This document shows, in pieces, positions 30,159 through 39,726 of a stretch of DNA of 64,000 bases (position 1 is its first letter; each line of letters begins with the position of its first letter). The notes under the pieces were generated by a model, which saw only the letters and a list, made by a program, of their open reading frames with translations, ran no database searches and was not told where the DNA came from. Made by a program: the position numbers and the translations under genes. Source of the stretch: a virus (lineage: Duplodnaviria; Caudoviricetes). The DNA lies in the IMG/VR virus record IMGVR_UViG_3300031993_000055, positions 1 through 64,000 of that record; one strand, written 5' to 3'.

Positions 30159-30806
30159 TCATTCCTCCTCGCTATTCATTTCCTCGGCACCGATGCCGCT
30201 GGCAGCCTCCATCAGGGCGACCTTGTCATCGACGGCCTTATGCTTCTCGTCGACATAAGCGCCATATTTGGCAATGATGCGCTTTGTCTCCTCGTCATCA
30301 ATATTCTCCTTGGTATCGTCGACCTCACGGATATCCGTGACGACGACAGAAGGCAGGAAGGCAATCTTGTTCATGTCAGCCTGATCCGACTCCGGCTGGT
30401 TCAGGCGGTCGAGCTCCATCAGGCGCTTCGAGCCTTTGTCGAGCGCCATGACATCGTCGGTCTCCATGCCGATACGCATCATCCTGTCTGCAGCAGCGCG
30501 CACCTTGGCCTCCGAGACCTTGCGCGACGGCGGTGACACATGCTCGATGACGAACTTCATCAGTGCCTGGTCCTTCTGTGCGGCATGGCACTCCGCCGGT
30601 GCATCGGCGAACTTCCCCTTGCACAGCTGGCGGAGCATCTGGTCATAGTCCAGGAACGGGTTCTTGATCCACTGAAAGTACACATGGCTCACCCTCGCCA
30701 GGCGCTCCTTGTTCTCCTTGCGTATGTTGATGTCGCAGATAGGCACCCCGCTTTCGAAGTGCAGCAGCGACCATCTCTGTAGTTCCTGTGATAAAACCTC
30801 TCCCAT
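30159..30806 (-). CDS. Hypothetical protein, possible terminase small subunit
   Basis: 215-aa helical ORF two genes upstream of TerL. The call is positional only. Confidence 0.35.
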   Translation of the reverse strand: MGEVLSQELQRWSLLHFESGVPICDINIRKENKERLARVSHVYFQWIKNPFLDYDQMLRQLCKGKFADAPAECHAAQKDQALMKFVIEHVSPPSRKVSEAKVRAAADRMMRIGMETDDVMALDKGSKRLMELDRLNQPESDQADMNKIAFLPSVVVTDIREVDDTKENIDDEETKRIIAKYGAYVDEKHKAVDDKVALMEAASGIGAEEMNSEEE

Positions 30807-30810
30807 AAGC

Positions 30811-31374
30811 CTACCATTTGATGACCGTCTTTTTCTTGTCGTTACAGATGAGCCTGTCCCACCCTATTCCGTTCAGGCGGTTGAGCCAGCCCGGGAGGAA
30901 CTTCTTCTGTGAGGGGATGGCGCCACGGCGCTCAAAGAATGCCTTGCGCTCCTTCCACAGCTGCTGGAACAGTGCCTTCTGGTCAGGATAGCTGTTGATG
31001 GCCGCGATGGTCTTCGGGCCGACAACACCGTCCATGGCGACGCTCAGGATCTTCTGCGGTAGCTTGATGCCATAGGCACCCGAGTTCCAGTACCAGTCGA
31101 CCACGAGGTTGGCAACGGCCTGACACTCTATCTCATCGGCCCGCCACTTATCCCAGTATACCGGCTTCATGATCTCGTAGATGGCGTCATACTCCGTGAT
31201 GAGCATGACATCGCGCTCGTCGATGTCGCCATCACCATCCTTGTCATAACCGTACCTGCGCCAGGTAGCCAGCGTCACACCCTTGTTGGTGGCACCGCCC
31301 TTGTCGCCCTTCACCTTGTTGTAGCCGCCTTCCCACGAGAGGATAAACGGCGCCAGAATCTCAATCTTAGCCAT
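30811..31374 (-). CDS. Endolysin, glycosyl hydrolase family 108 with a peptidoglycan-binding domain
   Basis: ILSWEGG...DKGGATNKGVT catalytic motif; C-terminal FLPGWLNRL. Confidence 0.9.
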   Translation of the reverse strand: MAKIEILAPFILSWEGGYNKVKGDKGGATNKGVTLATWRRYGYDKDGDGDIDERDVMLITEYDAIYEIMKPVYWDKWRADEIECQAVANLVVDWYWNSGAYGIKLPQKILSVAMDGVVGPKTIAAINSYPDQKALFQQLWKERKAFFERRGAIPSQKKFLPGWLNRLNGIGWDRLICNDKKKTVIKW

Positions 31375-31376
31375 AG

Positions 31377-31667
31377 TTATCGTCTTTTGCGTTTCTTGTC
31401 CTTATGACGGATGGCATAGATCTTCTGTGCCGTCCGCTTGTCGTGAGCCATGATAAGCTCACCCTTGATATAGAACTCCCTCTCCGAGAGGTCGACAGGA
31501 TTCAGGCGGTGGTTACGCTCCTTCATGTGCCTGTCACGCATCTCCATATATCTGCGGTCTGCAGGGCTCTTGTCATGGCCCGTATCATAAAACTCGCTTG
31601 GTCTGTAAGCCCTGCTGCGCGCCATGATGCCGAACAGTGCGGCCGCTATCTTTATCTGGTTGTTCAT
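31377..31667 (-). CDS. Hypothetical protein
   Basis: 96-aa ORF, tightly packed in the operon. Confidence 0.55.
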   Translation of the reverse strand: MNNQIKIAAALFGIMARSRAYRPSEFYDTGHDKSPADRRYMEMRDRHMKERNHRLNPVDLSEREFYIKGELIMAHDKRTAQKIYAIRHKDKKRKRR

Positions 31668-31682
31668 AAGCTCTTTTTTTAG

Positions 31683-32036
31683 TTAAACGATTTCCACTCC
31701 GTCGTTCCAGCCGTCATCAGGCTCGTAGCCGGGACGTTCCTTGACAAACATCACACGCATACCGCCGAGGCTATGCCAGCGGAAACCATGGCTCAGCAGC
31801 TCCTTCTCGGCAGCGGGCCACGGGTCGCCGGACTCGAAGGTGGCACGCAGCCCCATCGCGTCACGCAGCTGCGACTTGTCCATCACCTCCACCCCGATAT
31901 CGAACCTCGGCATGGAGAGGTAACGCTGGGCGAAGGCTTCCACAGCCGCCTGGGCGTTCTCCTTGATGGCGTCAAGGTCGGTAACGACGAACTGTCCGTC
32001 CTTCGGCTCCTTATCCTTATCCTTATTCCTGCCCAT
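31683..32036 (-). CDS. Hypothetical protein
   Basis: Start placed at MGRNK; couples to the upstream ORF. Confidence 0.55.
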   Translation of the reverse strand: MGRNKDKDKEPKDGQFVVTDLDAIKENAQAAVEAFAQRYLSMPRFDIGVEVMDKSQLRDAMGLRATFESGDPWPAAEKELLSHGFRWHSLGGMRVMFVKERPGYEPDDGWNDGVEIV

Positions 32037-32544
32037 CGCATCCGATATTCTCGTACATATCCTCGTCGACGCACAGATCGAGCGGCTCGACACGCTCGAA
32101 CTGTATCAGCACCGCATACCAGCCGTTCTCAAGCGGTCCGACGGTCGTGACATCCAAACCGATGTTCTCGATGTCGATCCTGGCGAAGTCGCCGTTGATA
32201 CAGCTGCTGACCTGCTCCTCATGCTTCGCATAGAGCCATGTCAGGAAATTACGGGCATGGTACCATGCCTCCTCCTTGGCTATCGCGGCATCATTGCCGT
32301 CGCGCTGCTTCTCCGCCCTGACGAAGAAATAGATCGGGTAGTTACGGCTGGGTTTCGTATAAGGTCCCCCACCCTCTATACTCGATTCCATGACCACGCA
32401 AGGAGAGAACTGGTTGGCGATACCCTTGGCCATCTCCACAACGCCTTGGGTAGAGTCCGTCAGATAGAACCTGCGGTTTTGGGGTGTATCAAGCATCGGC
32501 TTATAGCACTTACACCACTGATGTACAATTCCGTGAAAAGTCAT
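32023..32544 (-). CDS. Hypothetical protein (possible tail terminator-like)
   Basis: 173-aa beta-rich ORF in the late operon. Confidence 0.45.
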   Translation of the reverse strand: MTFHGIVHQWCKCYKPMLDTPQNRRFYLTDSTQGVVEMAKGIANQFSPCVVMESSIEGGGPYTKPSRNYPIYFFVRAEKQRDGNDAAIAKEEAWYHARNFLTWLYAKHEEQVSSCINGDFARIDIENIGLDVTTVGPLENGWYAVLIQFERVEPLDLCVDEDMYENIGCDGQE

Positions 32545-32695
32545 AGCGTCTACTGTTGAATGATTCTTGTCTGTACCCTGGCCAGGCTGGCCACGTCCTT
32601 GCGGAACTTATCCGCGTCTTCGAACATCTGAGCATGGAACATGTCTACCCATTGTCCCATGAAGTCTCTTTTCTGTACTGCATACATAGGCATAA

Positions 32696-33742
32696 CTATT
32701 TAATGGTTTCCAAATCAATCTGATAGACCTCTGCGGCACGCTTAATGGCATCCGTCACCTCACCGCCGAGCTTCAGGAGCTCCTTGAAGTTCTTCTGCCA
32801 CTGCTTCCTGCGCTCGGGCGTATCCTTCGTGCGTGAATCGCGCAGATACTTCTTGAGATACTCCAGGCGCTTGGCGTTCTTCTCAGCCTTCTGCTCAGCC
32901 TTCTTCTCAGCCTTCTGCTCGTCGGTCATAGGCGGACGACCGGGCTTGCGGTCCTTCTTCTCCTCATCGGCAAGGTCGTTGATGTGCGCATTGCCGAAGA
33001 TGTCGACCTCCACCTTGCCATTTTCCACGAGCTTGTCCCACTCGGCATCCAGCTCCCTGTAGATGGCCTTGATCCTGTTGTCGATACTGGTGGCCGTCTT
33101 GGCCCATGTAGCCAGCTTGTCGGGATGGGCATTCGCCTCTGCCAGCATGCTCATGTTCTCACGTGCCTTGTCCAGGTCACGCAGCAGCCCCCTTACCGAG
33201 GCGGCACGCTCCTGTGTCTTCTTGGGCAGCAGGTGGACGTACTGGTCGATATGCTTGGGGCGGACGGGCTTCGGCTTCTCCGCCGTATGCTTCAGCGTCT
33301 CTTGAGTGTTCTGATGGATGTCAGCGACACGGCCATTACTCGCACTACTCCCACCTGCAGGCTTCTGTGTACCGGGCGTCTTCGTCTGGCTGGAGGTGCC
33401 CTGCTCCTGGGCGACAGCACTGAGCAGCTTCACGATACGCTTGATACCTCTGGCACCCGACTTCACATAGAGCATGTCAGGCAGCCATGTGTTCTCCTTG
33501 CCTGTCAGCGCCGTCATCAGGCGCACACCCTCCGTCCATGCCTGGCACTCGCTGTCGTTCCAGCCGACACTCATCTGTATGGCGTTCTGGAATGCAGCGG
33601 ACGGATCGTTCACCTTACCTGCCAGCAGCCTGGCTTTCTTCCCAAGCCACTCCCCTACCCTTTCAAGGTAGTCCTGCTTCTCCGAAACCGACATCGTGTC
33701 GATTCGCTTGAGATACTCGTTAATCTGGATCTTCTGTATCAT
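32696..33742 (-). CDS. Hypothetical protein, first gene of the late block
   Basis: 348 aa with a Lys-rich C-terminus; preceded by a late-promoter motif at 33805-33840. Confidence 0.65.
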   Translation of the reverse strand: MIQKIQINEYLKRIDTMSVSEKQDYLERVGEWLGKKARLLAGKVNDPSAAFQNAIQMSVGWNDSECQAWTEGVRLMTALTGKENTWLPDMLYVKSGARGIKRIVKLLSAVAQEQGTSSQTKTPGTQKPAGGSSASNGRVADIHQNTQETLKHTAEKPKPVRPKHIDQYVHLLPKKTQERAASVRGLLRDLDKARENMSMLAEANAHPDKLATWAKTATSIDNRIKAIYRELDAEWDKLVENGKVEVDIFGNAHINDLADEEKKDRKPGRPPMTDEQKAEKKAEQKAEKNAKRLEYLKKYLRDSRTKDTPERRKQWQKNFKELLKLGGEVTDAIKRAAEVYQIDLETIK

Positions 33743-33804
33743 AACTTAACCTTATGGAAATAATTAGACTCCGCTTTTTGAAGACTTCATATTGTCTTTT
33801 AGGC

Positions 33805-33840
33805 GCAAGATACATATAATGAAATTCCAAATCAAGGGCA
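33805..33840 (-). promoter_or_regulatory. Late-type promoter at the head of the late block
   Basis: TGCCCTTGA-N19-TATCTTGC. Confidence 0.75.
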
Positions 33841-33867
33841 GCATATCAGACTCCCTAAAGTTAAGAT

Positions 33868-33913
33868 TGCTTAAATAATCATTTAATTATTTGCTTATTT
33901 GCTTAAATAAGCG
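33868..33913. promoter_or_regulatory. parA promoter with TGCTTA/TAAGC repeats (operator/centromere-like)
   Basis: Three TGCTTA and one TAAGCG immediately before the TATATTTG -7 box. Confidence 0.6.
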
Positions 33914-33958
33914 TATATTTGCACCAAAGTTACAACGTTTTTAAATATTGCGAATATC

Positions 33959-34810
33959 ATGTCTAAGAAAACCAAGACACATCAGCTGCGTCATATCGTA
34001 GCCGTGTCAAACAACAAGGGAGGTGCTGGAAAGACCTCTACAGTATTGAACCTCGCTTCGGCCATTGCCCGTCGCATTGAAGGTTATCGTGTTCTTGTTA
34101 TCGACTGCGACCCGCAGCGTAACCTCTCCTATTTCCTCGGCTGGGATGACAAGTGTGAGCTTGACGGTTCGCCAACCATCTACACGGCACTATGTAACGA
34201 GCAGCAAGGATTACCCGTATATAAGGCTGAGAACGGCCTGTATTTCACGCCTGCATCTGTAAAGCTCAACGGCATCGACGCCATTCTCTCGATGCGTCCG
34301 GACCCCAACGATCTGCTGAGTCTTGTTCTTAAACGCAAGGTTGACGACCATACGGGAGAACTTTCCCCCACCACGGGCGAAGATACTACGGATATCCAGA
34401 CGATGTTCGACTTCATATTCATCGACACACAGCCGGCTATGTCACGCATGACCTACAACGCCTTCTATGCAGCCGACGGCTACATCATTCCGACAGAGCT
34501 TGAGGAAGCCAGTGTCAAGGGTATGGCCAATATTGCGGTCGCTGCTGGTAACGTCGATCGCGGACAAGGCCGCTTGAAGTGTCAGGGTATCCTGATTACC
34601 AAGATAGACGCGCAACTGCGTTCTACCAAATACTACGAGCCTAAGATTCGTGAGATGTTCAACGAGACATTCAAGACTTCCATCAGACGCAGTAAGGATG
34701 TGACAGAGAGCCAGGCCATGCGTGAGGACGTGTTCTCTACATACGGCAGCGGACGCGCCGCAGAGGACTATACGGCACTGGCCGCAGAGTATCTGAAGAA
34801 GTATGCTTAA
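33959..34810 (+). CDS. parA: ParA-family partition ATPase
   Basis: Deviant Walker A NNKGGAGKT, VLVIDCDPQRN and FDFIFIDTQP motifs. Confidence 0.93.
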   Translation: MSKKTKTHQLRHIVAVSNNKGGAGKTSTVLNLASAIARRIEGYRVLVIDCDPQRNLSYFLGWDDKCELDGSPTIYTALCNEQQGLPVYKAENGLYFTPASVKLNGIDAILSMRPDPNDLLSLVLKRKVDDHTGELSPTTGEDTTDIQTMFDFIFIDTQPAMSRMTYNAFYAADGYIIPTELEEASVKGMANIAVAAGNVDRGQGRLKCQGILITKIDAQLRSTKYYEPKIREMFNETFKTSIRRSKDVTESQAMREDVFSTYGSGRAAEDYTALAAEYLKKYA

Positions 34811-34955
34811 TTAAGTATTTAAGCAATTAAGCATATAAGTAGATAAGCGATTAAGTATTTAAGCTTATGAGCAGGTACTTAAATAAGCAGATAAGCATTT
34901 AAGGAAATAAGCTATAAATTTAATAAGCATTTAAGCAATTAATTAAATAAGCAGA
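34804..34955 (+). repeat. 8-bp-period (T/A)TAAG(C/T)A repeat array, centromere (parS/parC)-like
   Basis: ttaagtat ttaagcaa ttaagcat ataagtag ataagcga ttaagtat ttaagctt... lying between parA and the next ORF. Confidence 0.75.
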
Positions 34956-34959
34956 TATT

Positions 34960-35361
34960 ATGGCAAAAGACAAATTTAAACAGATGCAGAGGGGGAGTGG
35001 TAGTTCATTCCAGGATACATTGGTACAGGCCGCTACCACCGTTGCAGCCATTGAGCATCAGACAGAAGAACAGAAGCCGGTAGTACAGGTTCCGGTTTCA
35101 TCAGCCAAACAGACAACCGATGCACCTCGCTTTATGCGCCTGCCTAATCCGCAGATACCAATGAGCGAGTACAACCTTGTCAGTATGTACATCAGCGGAT
35201 TCTCGAATATGACCCGCCAGGACTTTGTCGAACTGGCCATCATAGAGAAACTGTATAATGATGGTTCTATGACTGCAGAGGATTTTAATAACCGTTATGA
35301 GGAGATTCGTAATCGCCCGCCACGCGGCCAGCGGAAAGGAACTAAGCAAACAAGCAAATAA
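34960..35361 (+). CDS. Putative centromere-binding partition adaptor (type Ib partner)
   Basis: Small ORF after parA, flanked on both sides by TAAGCA arrays, with a possible ribbon-helix-helix-like C-terminus. Confidence 0.5.
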   Translation: MAKDKFKQMQRGSGSSFQDTLVQAATTVAAIEHQTEEQKPVVQVPVSSAKQTTDAPRFMRLPNPQIPMSEYNLVSMYISGFSNMTRQDFVELAIIEKLYNDGSMTAEDFNNRYEEIRNRPPRGQRKGTKQTSK

Positions 35362-35411
35362 GCAATTAAGCATTTAAGTAAATAATTATCTAATCATCTA
35401 ATCAATTAAGT
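35341..35411 (+). repeat. Third TAAGCA repeat cluster
   Basis: actaagca aacaagca aataagca attaagca tttaagta. Confidence 0.7.
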
Positions 35412-35413
35412 CT

Positions 35414-36475
35414 ATGAATACCAATTTTAACCACATGGTACCGAAGTTTGACTTTGTGGCCATCGACATCGAGTACGCGGACAGCGCACAGCACATCTGC
35501 CAGGTAGGACTGGTCGTATCACACAACCTCGACATCATCGAGAGGAAGTCATGGCTGATATGTCCGCCTGAAAACCACTACGAGGAGCGCTGTATGAACA
35601 TCCATCACATCACGCCGCTCCACACGGTATGCTCGCCGGGATTCAAGGAGGTATGGCCCGAGATAGAGCCGTACCTGCGTGACCGCCAGATATGGGCGCA
35701 TAATGCCGTGTCTGTGGAAAGTCCTGTACTGGAGAAGAACCTGCGCTACCATGGTATCGAGGACGGACCGTACCGTATCTACGACAGCCGCGACCTGTAC
35801 CAGCGTCCCGACTGTGAGCCTAACAAAGGTAACGGTCTGGAGCAGTGCTGCATGGCGCTGGACGTCCCTTGCGAGAACCATCACGACGCGCTGGCCGACG
35901 CAGAGATGTGTGCCAGAATCATCATCAAATGGCTGGAAGGGTTCCAGCCCAACTGGAGTAATGTGCCTGTCAACGCCGAACAGCTGCGCAAGCTGCATCA
36001 GGCGAAACGCACGCTGCATCTGGGCGAGTTCCTGGACTATTACAGCGACACGTCCTCTGGCGATGAAGATGTGCTCTGTGAGCTGTCGTCGACATACACA
36101 GGTGCGCCTATGCGTATTGTGGACGTGTTCGACAAAGGAGACAAGCTGCCTGGCGAGAACGAGGGTAGGGTAGATTTCAGTAGTCTCGACATCACGCCTG
36201 ACAATCCTCTCAGAGGTAAGAAGGTGGTCCTGACAGGTGTGTTCCAGATCGGACGCGCAGACATCAAGACCGCGCTGGAGATGATGGGTGCCAAACGTAC
36301 CGAAGGTGTCACCAGCAAGACAGATGCTGTGATTGTCGGCCAGATAAACGTCGGATTCAAGAAACTGTGCGACATCGAGAAACAGGAGTCATCAGGCCAT
36401 CATATCGCGCGTATTGTGGGTGATGAAGACCTTTTAGCCCTACTTTATGGCGACGGAAAGAAATTTTTCTCCTAA
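35414..36475 (+). CDS. DEDD 3'-5' exonuclease (Pol III epsilon-like) with a C-terminal BRCT domain
   Basis: FVAIDIEYA, WAHNA and HHDALADAEMCA motifs; BRCT segment LRGKKVVLTGVF...GVTSKTDAVIVG. Confidence 0.88.
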   Translation: MNTNFNHMVPKFDFVAIDIEYADSAQHICQVGLVVSHNLDIIERKSWLICPPENHYEERCMNIHHITPLHTVCSPGFKEVWPEIEPYLRDRQIWAHNAVSVESPVLEKNLRYHGIEDGPYRIYDSRDLYQRPDCEPNKGNGLEQCCMALDVPCENHHDALADAEMCARIIIKWLEGFQPNWSNVPVNAEQLRKLHQAKRTLHLGEFLDYYSDTSSGDEDVLCELSSTYTGAPMRIVDVFDKGDKLPGENEGRVDFSSLDITPDNPLRGKKVVLTGVFQIGRADIKTALEMMGAKRTEGVTSKTDAVIVGQINVGFKKLCDIEKQESSGHHIARIVGDEDLLALLYGDGKKFFS

Positions 36476-36587
36476 ATATTTGGCCGTTTCAAAAAATAGT
36501 CGTACCTTTGCAACTCAATAAAAGCCGCACCGACATGTGGCGGATTTTTTATAAACAATTCGATATTTTATCTCAGCGGAGGTAAGG

Positions 36588-36624
36588 CCCCGGGAGTTTG
36601 TAACTCTCCCGGGGGTTTTTTTTG
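36588..36624 (+). terminator. Intrinsic terminator
   Basis: CCCCGGGAG...CTCCCGGGG stem followed by a T tract. Confidence 0.8.
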
Positions 36625-36640
36625 TTTATAAGCCATCGGC

Positions 36641-37183
36641 CACCTACCAATTCGGAAAACCTTACGCTTCACCTACCAATTCGGAAAACTACATCTGGAA
36701 GAGATCCTTCACCTACCAATTCGGAAAACTCTGCCGGAAACCCGCGTAGACAGGGGCTTTGCCTTGTAGGACTATGGGCTGCATAGAGAGAAAAAAAGGC
36801 GAAGCCGCACCTAAACAAAAGAAAAAAAGAAAGAAAAAGACCCCAAAAAAAAGCTTTCCTCGAATCGAAATGATATATACACTATATATAGAACCCTATA
36901 TAGAATATATATATAACAACGGAAAACCACGCTGAAAATCAGTTAGTTACGGAAAATAGTTTTCCGGGTTGGTAGGTATAGGTTTTCCGAGATGGTGGGT
37001 GCTGGTTTGCCGGTTTGGTGGGTGTCGGTTACCCGAAATAGTAGGTATAGGTTTACCGAGTTAGTGGGTATTTAGCCTTGAGGTTTACCGAAATGGTAGG
37101 TGGTAGTTTTCCGAGTTGGTAGGTGAGTAGGTTGCCCGAAATAGTAGTATAGGTTTACCGAATTAGTAGGTGGTGTTTTCCGA
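36641..37183. repeat. Iteron-containing replication origin
   Basis: Three exact CACCTACCAATTCGGAAAAC copies (36641, 36670, 36710), an AT-rich TATATA tract (about 36874-36916), and about ten opposite-orientation degenerate copies at ~23-bp period (36960-37183), all upstream of rep. Confidence 0.85.
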
Positions 37184-37326
37184 AATAAAAGGCGCGAAAT
37201 TATAACTACTTGATAATCAAAACAAAAGAATTTTATATGAAAACTGAAAAAATTCCCAAAAATATTTGGAAGTTTCAAAACTAATTTTTATCTTTGCAGC
37301 CAGTTACAACTTATAATTCCATTCTT

Positions 37327-38556
37327 ATGGCCAATAAAAAGAAGAAGAAAGATGTTACGCTGACGCTTCAGGACCTGATTACGCAGCCTCGCCAGCTGGC
37401 CCATCTCCCGATGATGAACAAGGTGACGGGCTATCGTGTGCTTATCGCCGTACTCCAGCGTCTGCAGGGACTGTGGGATATCGCCAAGATGCCACATGTC
37501 GACAAGGACGGTCAGCTGTATCTTAACTTCATTACCGACGAGTTCGAGGTCAAGCGCCAGAAGGACAGCACTTATAACGAGGGTGATGTGGTGTTTAAGC
37601 TGCACCTGAGCGATATCGCCGACGACTCGCATTATGACGAGGCACGTGCCGCGCTGCTGTCGCTCACACACGTACAGTGCTTCATCCCGGTAAAGAACGA
37701 GGAGAACAACTACCGTACGGAGAACCTGATGCAGATTAAGGGTCGGCGAGAGAACGGCAAGTTCGTCGGTACTGACTTCGAGGTGATCATACCGCGACTC
37801 ATAGCCGAGAACACGCTCGACATCAATCTGTTCTCCAACTACACGCGCTTTGTGGGCTATACTGCTGGCCGCCTGCGCTCCAGCTTCTCGTACCCGCTCT
37901 ATATCTACCTCTCGGAGGAGTGGCGGTACCATGGCGAGAAGTTCACCATTTCCATGCGCGACCTGCGTACACGTCTCGGATTCGTACGCGACATCGACGA
38001 GCCGGAGCGCGAGAACCGCTACAGCTCGTGGAGCCAGTTCTGCGACAAGGTCTTGAACCAGGCACAGAAGGAACTCGATAAGCTGGCCGAGAGTGGGGGA
38101 GCCGACTTCACCTTCACCTATCAGGGCTTGCTGCGCGGCACGCCGCTGCCGTCTTACAAGCGTCCCGATGCGGTGGCCTTCACCATCCTGCCGACAGAGG
38201 CCGGCCGTAATATCCAGAAGCAGAACGACTATGCGCCCAACAAGGAGATCTGCCAGAAGATGATGATAGACTTCTTCCACCTGCACATCAACCAGGCCCG
38301 CGCGCTGATGCGCCGTGTCACGCCTGTCATCATGCCCGGCTTCATCTGCCAGCTGCAGACATGGCACGACGAGTTCCTGGCCGGACAGCACTCGGATGTG
38401 AAGAACCTGGCTGCCTGGGTGTATAAGTCCATCGACGAGTATATACGTACGGAGGAAGCGAAGTGCTTCACGCCGGCAGAAGAGATTAAGGACGAAGAGG
38501 TTCCTTCAGGGAACCCGGAGAATACTGACAATTATAAAGAGCAAGAGATATGGTAA
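37327..38556 (+). CDS. Rep_3-type replication initiator
   Basis: LRSSFSYPLYIYL..W....KFTISMRDLRTRLG...YSSWSQFCDKVL..AQKEL winged-helix signature; iterons upstream. Confidence 0.85.
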   Translation: MANKKKKKDVTLTLQDLITQPRQLAHLPMMNKVTGYRVLIAVLQRLQGLWDIAKMPHVDKDGQLYLNFITDEFEVKRQKDSTYNEGDVVFKLHLSDIADDSHYDEARAALLSLTHVQCFIPVKNEENNYRTENLMQIKGRRENGKFVGTDFEVIIPRLIAENTLDINLFSNYTRFVGYTAGRLRSSFSYPLYIYLSEEWRYHGEKFTISMRDLRTRLGFVRDIDEPERENRYSSWSQFCDKVLNQAQKELDKLAESGGADFTFTYQGLLRGTPLPSYKRPDAVAFTILPTEAGRNIQKQNDYAPNKEICQKMMIDFFHLHINQARALMRRVTPVIMPGFICQLQTWHDEFLAGQHSDVKNLAAWVYKSIDEYIRTEEAKCFTPAEEIKDEEVPSGNPENTDNYKEQEIW

Positions 38557-39125
38557 TCAATTATCCCGTACATTTCGGCATAGACAAGAGCGACCCACGT
38601 GCAGAGCTGTGGGGGGCAATACTGAAACATGTTCCTGAGGCTAAGTGGATAAATGCCTATGAGGAGGTGGCCAGATGGCTTGGCGATAACAAGAGTCGCG
38701 GTCTGATATGCGTAGGCTCATGCGGCCTTGGCAAGTCCGTTATCTGCTGCCAGGCGCTGCCATATCTCTTCGAGCGTCATTTTGAGATCGAGGCACCGCT
38801 GGTGGTTACCGCTCCTGATATGACCAGGCGTATCGACGAGCTGCTGGCGTTCTGCGGCCATAACCGTATTATCATCATTGACGACCTTGGCACCGAGGCT
38901 GTAGAGACGGTGACTTTCGGCAACAGGCGAAAGCCGTTCTGCGAGCTTGTGGATAAGGCGGAGCGTACAGGCACGCTGCTGATTATAACAACCAACCTGC
39001 GCACTACCAAACACGCGCAGATAAACTATCCGAGTATCGAGGAACGTTACGGAGAACCTACACTCGACCGCCTGAAGGCCATCACACACGTTGTGCTGTT
39101 CGAGGGCAAGAGTATGCGAGGGTAG
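38550..39125 (+). CDS. DnaC/IstB-like ATPase (helicase loader)
   Basis: Walker A GSCGLGKS, IIIIDDLGTE, ITTNL and LDRL motifs; coupled to rep. Confidence 0.85.
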   Translation: MVINYPVHFGIDKSDPRAELWGAILKHVPEAKWINAYEEVARWLGDNKSRGLICVGSCGLGKSVICCQALPYLFERHFEIEAPLVVTAPDMTRRIDELLAFCGHNRIIIIDDLGTEAVETVTFGNRRKPFCELVDKAERTGTLLIITTNLRTTKHAQINYPSIEERYGEPTLDRLKAITHVVLFEGKSMRG

Positions 39126-39726
39126 GGGAGGCGGTGCGTTTCTGTCTACGCTGCCATTCGCGTCGCATGGCTTCTACATAGACGTCGCAGGTCTTGGTGG
39201 CTGTACAGAAGGCCTCTATCATCTCTTTGGCGGTGTATCTCTTACCGTGCTGTTTCTCGGCGAACTCCTTATCGAACCTGGTCACTGCCTGCCAGAACTC
39301 GTGGCGCAGTATCCTGAGCAGCTGGTTGGCCTGGTCGCGGCTGAAGCTGATATCAAGCGTCCACGGACGTAAGACACCGTTGGCATTCATATACATGGCC
39401 GGGCATTCTATGGGGACATACAGCTGCATCTGTTCGCGGTCGATACCGAACACGTTCTTGATTTCATCGGGATCTAACCTTAACCCCGCTTCTATACAGT
39501 TGTGTCTGGTCGCGCTCATGGCGTAACTCACGTCGGAGGGCTGGCCAGGCACATCCTCTGTAGCTTCAATCTTCATGGCTTCCTTTATGCCTGCGAGGTG
39601 CATCACGCATACCACATGCTGCTCCTTGACCATGGCAGCCCCAGCCAGCTCGCTCTGCAGCCAGCCGTGTATATAGTCTGTTACTTTCAGCCATGCAATC
39701 ACAGGTGTCTTGTATTTCCTTTCCAT
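39082..39726 (-). CDS. Hypothetical protein
   Basis: 214-aa ORF with a TACCTTTG promoter box on the minus strand at about 39752. Confidence 0.6.
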   Translation of the reverse strand: MERKYKTPVIAWLKVTDYIHGWLQSELAGAAMVKEQHVVCVMHLAGIKEAMKIEATEDVPGQPSDVSYAMSATRHNCIEAGLRLDPDEIKNVFGIDREQMQLYVPIECPAMYMNANGVLRPWTLDISFSRDQANQLLRILRHEFWQAVTRFDKEFAEKQHGKRYTAKEMIEAFCTATKTCDVYVEAMRREWQRRQKRTASPTLAYSCPRTAQRV

